A DNA stretch of 64,000 nt, taken from NCBI GenBank assembly GCA_963777505.1, contig CAVZQN010000004.1, positions 1,120,001 to 1,184,000 on the forward strand, written 5' to 3'. Position numbers and translations under genes: made by a program. The notes beneath the pieces are model-generated. The model saw only the letters and a program-made list of their open reading frames with translations. It ran no database searches and was not told the DNA's origin. This document shows positions 59,846 to 64,000 of the stretch, one piece after another. Source of the stretch: an uncultured bacterium (GTDB lineage: Bacteria; Acidobacteriota; HRBIN11; JAKEFK01). Position 1 is the stretch's first letter, and every line of letters begins with the position of its first letter.

Positions 59846-60397
59846 TTATTTTGCTGCGGTTGAAGTAAAGTGTTGGGCCATCCCGGACTGAAAATTGTAA
59901 ACAAACTTTTTGAATTCCGGGTGTAGGAAGCTTGCACCGAACTTAAATTTTTTCATCTCATCGTAAGCCTGATCTGCACTCCATCCATGCTGTGTCATTC
60001 GGTAGACTGCAGTCATCACTCCCGTGCGATGACGTCCGCCAACACAATGTACATAAACGGGCTGATTGACTGGATCTAGAATGATTTCCAAAAACTCAGC
60101 AAGATTTGCGGCAGTAGGAGGCTCATGTGTAGTCATTGGAATTTGAAAATATTTCATCCCTGTCTTTTCAACCATTCCCTTTTCATTCACATCTGCATCA
60201 TGACTGGTCAGGTTGAGTACAGCTTTCACTCCAAAATCAGCAAGGTCTGAATAGTCGTTTTCGAACGGTTGAGCGCCTCGATAGTAGCTGTCGCTAACCC
60301 GGCCGAAATTTTCGACTTTAATGTTTGATTCAGCAAATACAGGCAGACTAAACGCGATTAAGATCAACATTGAAAGGGGATATTTGTGGTTTTTCAT
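59846..60397 (-). CDS. Exported dual-specificity/tyrosine phosphatase family protein
   Basis: Signal peptide; YRGAQP; catalytic HCVGGRHRTG (CX5R). Confidence 0.9.
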   Translation of the reverse strand: MKNHKYPLSMLILIAFSLPVFAESNIKVENFGRVSDSYYRGAQPFENDYSDLADFGVKAVLNLTSHDADVNEKGMVEKTGMKYFQIPMTTHEPPTAANLAEFLEIILDPVNQPVYVHCVGGRHRTGVMTAVYRMTQHGWSADQAYDEMKKFKFGASFLHPEFKKFVYNFQSGMAQHFTSTAAK

Positions 60398-60420
60398 GTC
60401 AGTTCATCCAATAACAATAA

Positions 60421-60449
60421 GACTCAACTGAAATGCATTTGGTTGAGTC
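60421..60449. promoter_or_regulatory. Near-perfect palindrome between divergent genes (operator-like)
   Basis: gactcaac-tg-aaatgcattt-g-gttgagtc. Confidence 0.5.
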
Positions 60450-60536
60450 CCCAGTGGCTCCAGCAGAGTCTTATATCTGACCATTGATGAACATTGATGG
60501 TAGGGGAACCGTATCCTTATATCAAAGGTGAGGTGA

Positions 60537-61010
60537 ATGAGCATGAGCCATTCAAAGATCTACTTTTTGGTTTTGAACCTGGCTTTTTGCATTGCTTCTG
60601 CTGCACTCGCAGCCGACTCTGATGATTCAAAGTATCGTTATCTTCGTCCCTTATCGACAAATCTGAAACCTGAGGATGTCAAAGATTCTGCTGAGCCTGA
60701 ATTCACTATTGCAAGAGACATCATCCGTGAGGAGAGAGAAGAACTTGACGATGAAGACCACGATTTCAAGATTTTTCTGAAACACTCTAAAGCAGGGATG
60801 GAACATCTTCGCAACTCAAAACGGATCATGGAAGAAGTCGAACGAGAAATCTCGAAAAAACGCCAACACGAAGAAAAGGAATTGAAGAAATTCCTTGCTG
60901 AAATTGATAGAGAGCGAAGAAAGCATATCGTAGAGATTGAACGAGAACAGAGAAAGCTCATCCAGGAAATAGAACGGCAATATCGAAAGGGCCTTAAGAA
61001 AATAGATTGA
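60537..61010 (+). CDS. Exported charged coiled-coil hypothetical protein
   Basis: GAGGTG RBS; signal peptide; E/K/R-rich helical C-terminus. Confidence 0.7.
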   Translation: MSMSHSKIYFLVLNLAFCIASAALAADSDDSKYRYLRPLSTNLKPEDVKDSAEPEFTIARDIIREEREELDDEDHDFKIFLKHSKAGMEHLRNSKRIMEEVEREISKKRQHEEKELKKFLAEIDRERRKHIVEIEREQRKLIQEIERQYRKGLKKID

Positions 61011-61039
61011 GTTGTTCAGGTTCTTGAGCTTTGGGGTAG

Positions 61040-63442
61040 ATGCTCGAAATGAAAACATCCGAGTTTTGGAATTCTATTGCAAATGTGAAAACGAGAGGCC
61101 GTATTCTATTCGCCGGTTGTGCGGCCGTTGTAGTGGTGATGACCTATCTTGTCATACTTTATTTTCACAGCTGGTGGACAATTGAAAATTATCTAAGATC
61201 CGAAAAATGGTCACTGCCTTCCACTCTGTACTCAGAAGCTCCCGTCATCCGGTTAGGGATGCCAGCAAAATCAAAGGCGTTTGTCGATCACTTCCGCCGC
61301 TTGAATTATCACAAGCACAGTATGAGTCAGCCAATGGATCAGGACGGGACATATGCTGTGTTTTCTAATGGAGTTGTTTTCAAAAAACGCCAGCTTTTTT
61401 TAGACAAGCCAAGACACCACCCAATCCGTGTTGAAATCAAATCCGATCGCATTAGCCGGATCGTTGATCTGGATACATCACGTTCCATTGATAAATATGA
61501 ACTCGAGCCGATTCCGATTAGAAGTCTTTTTGGTAAAACAATCGAGAAAAGACGGATCGTTCCATACGAGGAAATTCCCGATCACTTAATTGAAGCGGTT
61601 ATTGCAATTGAAGACCGTCGTTTCTTCAAACATCATGGCATCGATTTTCCTGCGATTGCTCGCGCCATTTTGAACAACCTTGGCAACAATAGAATGTCGC
61701 AGGGCGCAAGCACAATCACTCAGCAGTTTGCAAAGAACTCGTTTCTTACAAGGGAAAGAACAATTCAGAGAAAGATTCGGGAAGCCATCATGGCTACCGT
61801 GCTTGAGGCTCGTCTAAGTAAGGAAGAGATTCTTGAATTGTATTTGAATGAGATTTATTTAGGTCAGCAAGGTTCTGTCGGGATTCATGGAATCGGAGAA
61901 GCAAGCCGTTTTTATTTTGCTAAAGATGCACAACATGTCACTGTGCCTGAGGCCGCATTATTGGCCGGCATGATTCAAGCTCCCAGCGCTTTGAACCCAT
62001 ACAATCATCCAAAAAATGCAAAACAAAAACGCGATACAGTGCTGCTGGCAATGAGGAATCTTGGCTTTATCTCATCTAAACAACATGATGTATGGGTGAA
62101 ATCAAACATTGTTGTGCGTCCGCTTGACGCGCGTATGGATGCTGCACCGTACTTCGGTGATCTTGTAAAAGCCAAATTGTCTGAGAAATATGATGGAGAA
62201 GCGATTCATAAAAAGAATTTAGCAATCTTTACTACCTTAAATTTGGAGATGCAGGAAGCTGCAGAACAAGCGCTCAAAAATGGTTTAGCGAAGATTGATT
62301 CAGCCAGGTATTCAAAAACAGGAAAGAGCATACAAGGTTGTCTAATTGCAATTGATCCTGAAACCGGTTTTGTTCGCGCGCTTGTTGGCGGGCGTTCATA
62401 TGCGCCTGGCCAGTTTAATCGTGTAAAGCAAGCTTCGCGTCAGCCTGGCAGTGCGTTTAAGCCAATCGTTTATGCTGCGGCACTTGAACAGGCTTTTTCT
62501 TCAATTCAAAGTTCTAAGGTGAAATCGGCTAGAAATTTTTTTACTCCGGCTACACTTGTGCGAGATGAACCGTGGCTCTTAAAGTATTCAAATAAACAGT
62601 GGGAACCAAAAAATTATGATGGTTACTATCATGGCGATGTAACTTTAAGAACCGCTCTGGCCCATTCTTTAAATGTTCCAACAGCAAGATTGGCAAGTGA
62701 AGTAGGCTGGAAAAATATTTCCGATCTGGCACAGGAACTTGGATTTACAAATGTAAAACCGTTTCCTTCGCTTGCTCTCGGTGCATTTGAAGCGAGTCCA
62801 TGGCAGATGGCCGAAGCTTACACTGTGTTTGCAAATGAAGGCGTGAAAACCTCATTGAATATGATCAAAGAGGTGAGTGATTCACATGGAAAAGTTTTAC
62901 AAACAACGCAAATTCAGAACGAACGAGTCTTCCATGCCGAAACCGCTTTCTTAATCACAGATATGTTGAGGTCGGCAATGGTTGATGGTACAGCAGCATC
63001 CTCACAACGCAGTGGTTTCACGCGTCCGGCGGCTGGAAAAACCGGAACAACAGATGAATTTCGAGATGCATGGTTTGTCGGATACACTCCTCAACTGCTT
63101 TGTGTTGTATGGGTGGGATACGATGATAATACTTCGTTAGAGATGAACGGTTCACAAGCTGCACTTCCAATCTGGCTTGAATTTATGAAAAAAGCTGCGA
63201 TAAAACTTCCCGTTCAATCTTTTGATGTGCCGGACGGAATCGTTTTAAAGAGAATTGATCCAACCAACGGACGCCGTGCCAATGAAGGATGTCCGGTTGT
63301 AATCGATGAAATTTTTATACGCGGTACGGAGCCTCAATCATTTTGTGAGGAGCACGATGAATGGGGTTTGGCAGACGACAGTCGAAGCGACCGCAGATCT
63401 GTCAGCATTTGGAAACGTCTCAAGAGATTGTTTAGAAATTGA
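61040..63442 (+). CDS. mrcB: Class A penicillin-binding protein (PBP1B-like, with UB2H-like insert)
   Basis: TM anchor; EDRRF, GASTITQQ, RKIRE; SAFK, SLN, KTG transpeptidase motifs. Confidence 0.92.
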   Translation: MLEMKTSEFWNSIANVKTRGRILFAGCAAVVVVMTYLVILYFHSWWTIENYLRSEKWSLPSTLYSEAPVIRLGMPAKSKAFVDHFRRLNYHKHSMSQPMDQDGTYAVFSNGVVFKKRQLFLDKPRHHPIRVEIKSDRISRIVDLDTSRSIDKYELEPIPIRSLFGKTIEKRRIVPYEEIPDHLIEAVIAIEDRRFFKHHGIDFPAIARAILNNLGNNRMSQGASTITQQFAKNSFLTRERTIQRKIREAIMATVLEARLSKEEILELYLNEIYLGQQGSVGIHGIGEASRFYFAKDAQHVTVPEAALLAGMIQAPSALNPYNHPKNAKQKRDTVLLAMRNLGFISSKQHDVWVKSNIVVRPLDARMDAAPYFGDLVKAKLSEKYDGEAIHKKNLAIFTTLNLEMQEAAEQALKNGLAKIDSARYSKTGKSIQGCLIAIDPETGFVRALVGGRSYAPGQFNRVKQASRQPGSAFKPIVYAAALEQAFSSIQSSKVKSARNFFTPATLVRDEPWLLKYSNKQWEPKNYDGYYHGDVTLRTALAHSLNVPTARLASEVGWKNISDLAQELGFTNVKPFPSLALGAFEASPWQMAEAYTVFANEGVKTSLNMIKEVSDSHGKVLQTTQIQNERVFHAETAFLITDMLRSAMVDGTAASSQRSGFTRPAAGKTGTTDEFRDAWFVGYTPQLLCVVWVGYDDNTSLEMNGSQAALPIWLEFMKKAAIKLPVQSFDVPDGIVLKRIDPTNGRRANEGCPVVIDEIFIRGTEPQSFCEEHDEWGLADDSRSDRRSVSIWKRLKRLFRN

Positions 63443-63458
63443 TTCATCAACGCTGAGT

Positions 63459-64000
63459 TCAACGTTGAACAAATGTACCCCGGCGTAAGTCTCCCAGAGC
63501 TTCCTCAATTTCCTCTTTTGTATTCATAACAAACGGGCCATATCGTGCAACACTTTCTCTAAGCGGTTTACCTGATGCCAGAATGAAACGTGCTGTCTGA
63601 TCTTTGGCTCTAACGTTTATGAAGTCTCCATCTCCGAATACAACCAGTCTTGGAGCTGAAACTTCAGTTTCACCAAAGTTCGCTGTACCTTCGAAGATAT
63701 ATGCAAAGGCATTGTGATCTGAAGGGATTGAATACTGGAAAGAAGTTTGTGGAGGCACAAGTACATCCATATATGTTGGAGCGGCTGCAATATCTGCAAC
63801 CGGTCCGGTAGCATCGCCAACGGTTCCCGCAATTACGCGAATTTCGGCGCCTTCAGTTGTTTTGATTTCCGGTATCGTATTACTCAGGACTTCCTGATAA
63901 TTCGGTTTAGACATCTTTAGTTTTGCAGGTAAATTTACCCAGAGCTGCATTCCATGAATTCCTTCCGGCCGGAGCTGAGGCATTTCTTCATGCATAATTC
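63459..64000 (-). CDS. Pirin family protein, 5'-truncated by window edge
   Basis: HEEMP, QLWVNLPA, GKPLRESVARYGPFVMNT. Confidence 0.93.
   Translation of the reverse strand, partial: IMHEEMPQLRPEGIHGMQLWVNLPAKLKMSKPNYQEVLSNTIPEIKTTEGAEIRVIAGTVGDATGPVADIAAAPTYMDVLVPPQTSFQYSIPSDHNAFAYIFEGTANFGETEVSAPRLVVFGDGDFINVRAKDQTARFILASGKPLRESVARYGPFVMNTKEEIEEALGDLRRGTFVQR

Noticed and set aside
1-64000. Prophage, transposase, integrase or anti-phage defence island
   Set aside because: No ORF carries recognisable motifs for these; the content is housekeeping, envelope and signalling genes

Overview
Gene-dense bacterial chromosomal window with about 57 CDSs and no tRNA, rRNA, CRISPR array or transposase detected. 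Gene content (Omp85 protein, lipoproteins, CRTAC1/FG-GAP and PKD exoproteins, DUF4388/TPR kinase) suggests a diderm organism, plausibly an uncultured Acidobacteriota/Deltaproteobacteria-like lineage (inference). 1-12.4 kb: an expanded 2-oxoacid dehydrogenase cluster (3 E1-alpha, 2 E1-beta, 2 E2, 1 E3, lipB, Thr dehydratase), interrupted by an inverted CRTAC1-like gene. 12.4-46.5 kb: mostly minus-strand housekeeping and envelope genes (Omp85 plus metalloprotease, nth, proline dehydrogenase, crt/hbd plus a di-iron ferritin-like protein, nfo, nrnA, CHASE2 cyclase, hflX, GT-C, M14 and M16 peptidases, a REC-Ser/Thr kinase-TPR hybrid). 46.7-55.7 kb: a glycogen-related neighbourhood (cytoplasmic S8 protease with a Cys4 N-terminus and CBM48, glgP with a Lys-rich tail, pfk, mrp/DUF971, SET-domain protein). 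The end carries a halogenase-like flavoprotein, an exported phosphatase, PBP1B and a partial pirin. Five genes carry six single-base (+1) frameshifts that look like sequencing errors. Intergenic DNA contains three families of short palindromic or tandem repeats. The best candidates for something undescribed are the Zn-finger/S8/CBM48 protease with the SET protein and tailed GlgP, the di-iron protein coupled to acyl-CoA enzymes, and the repeat-flanked gene cassettes.
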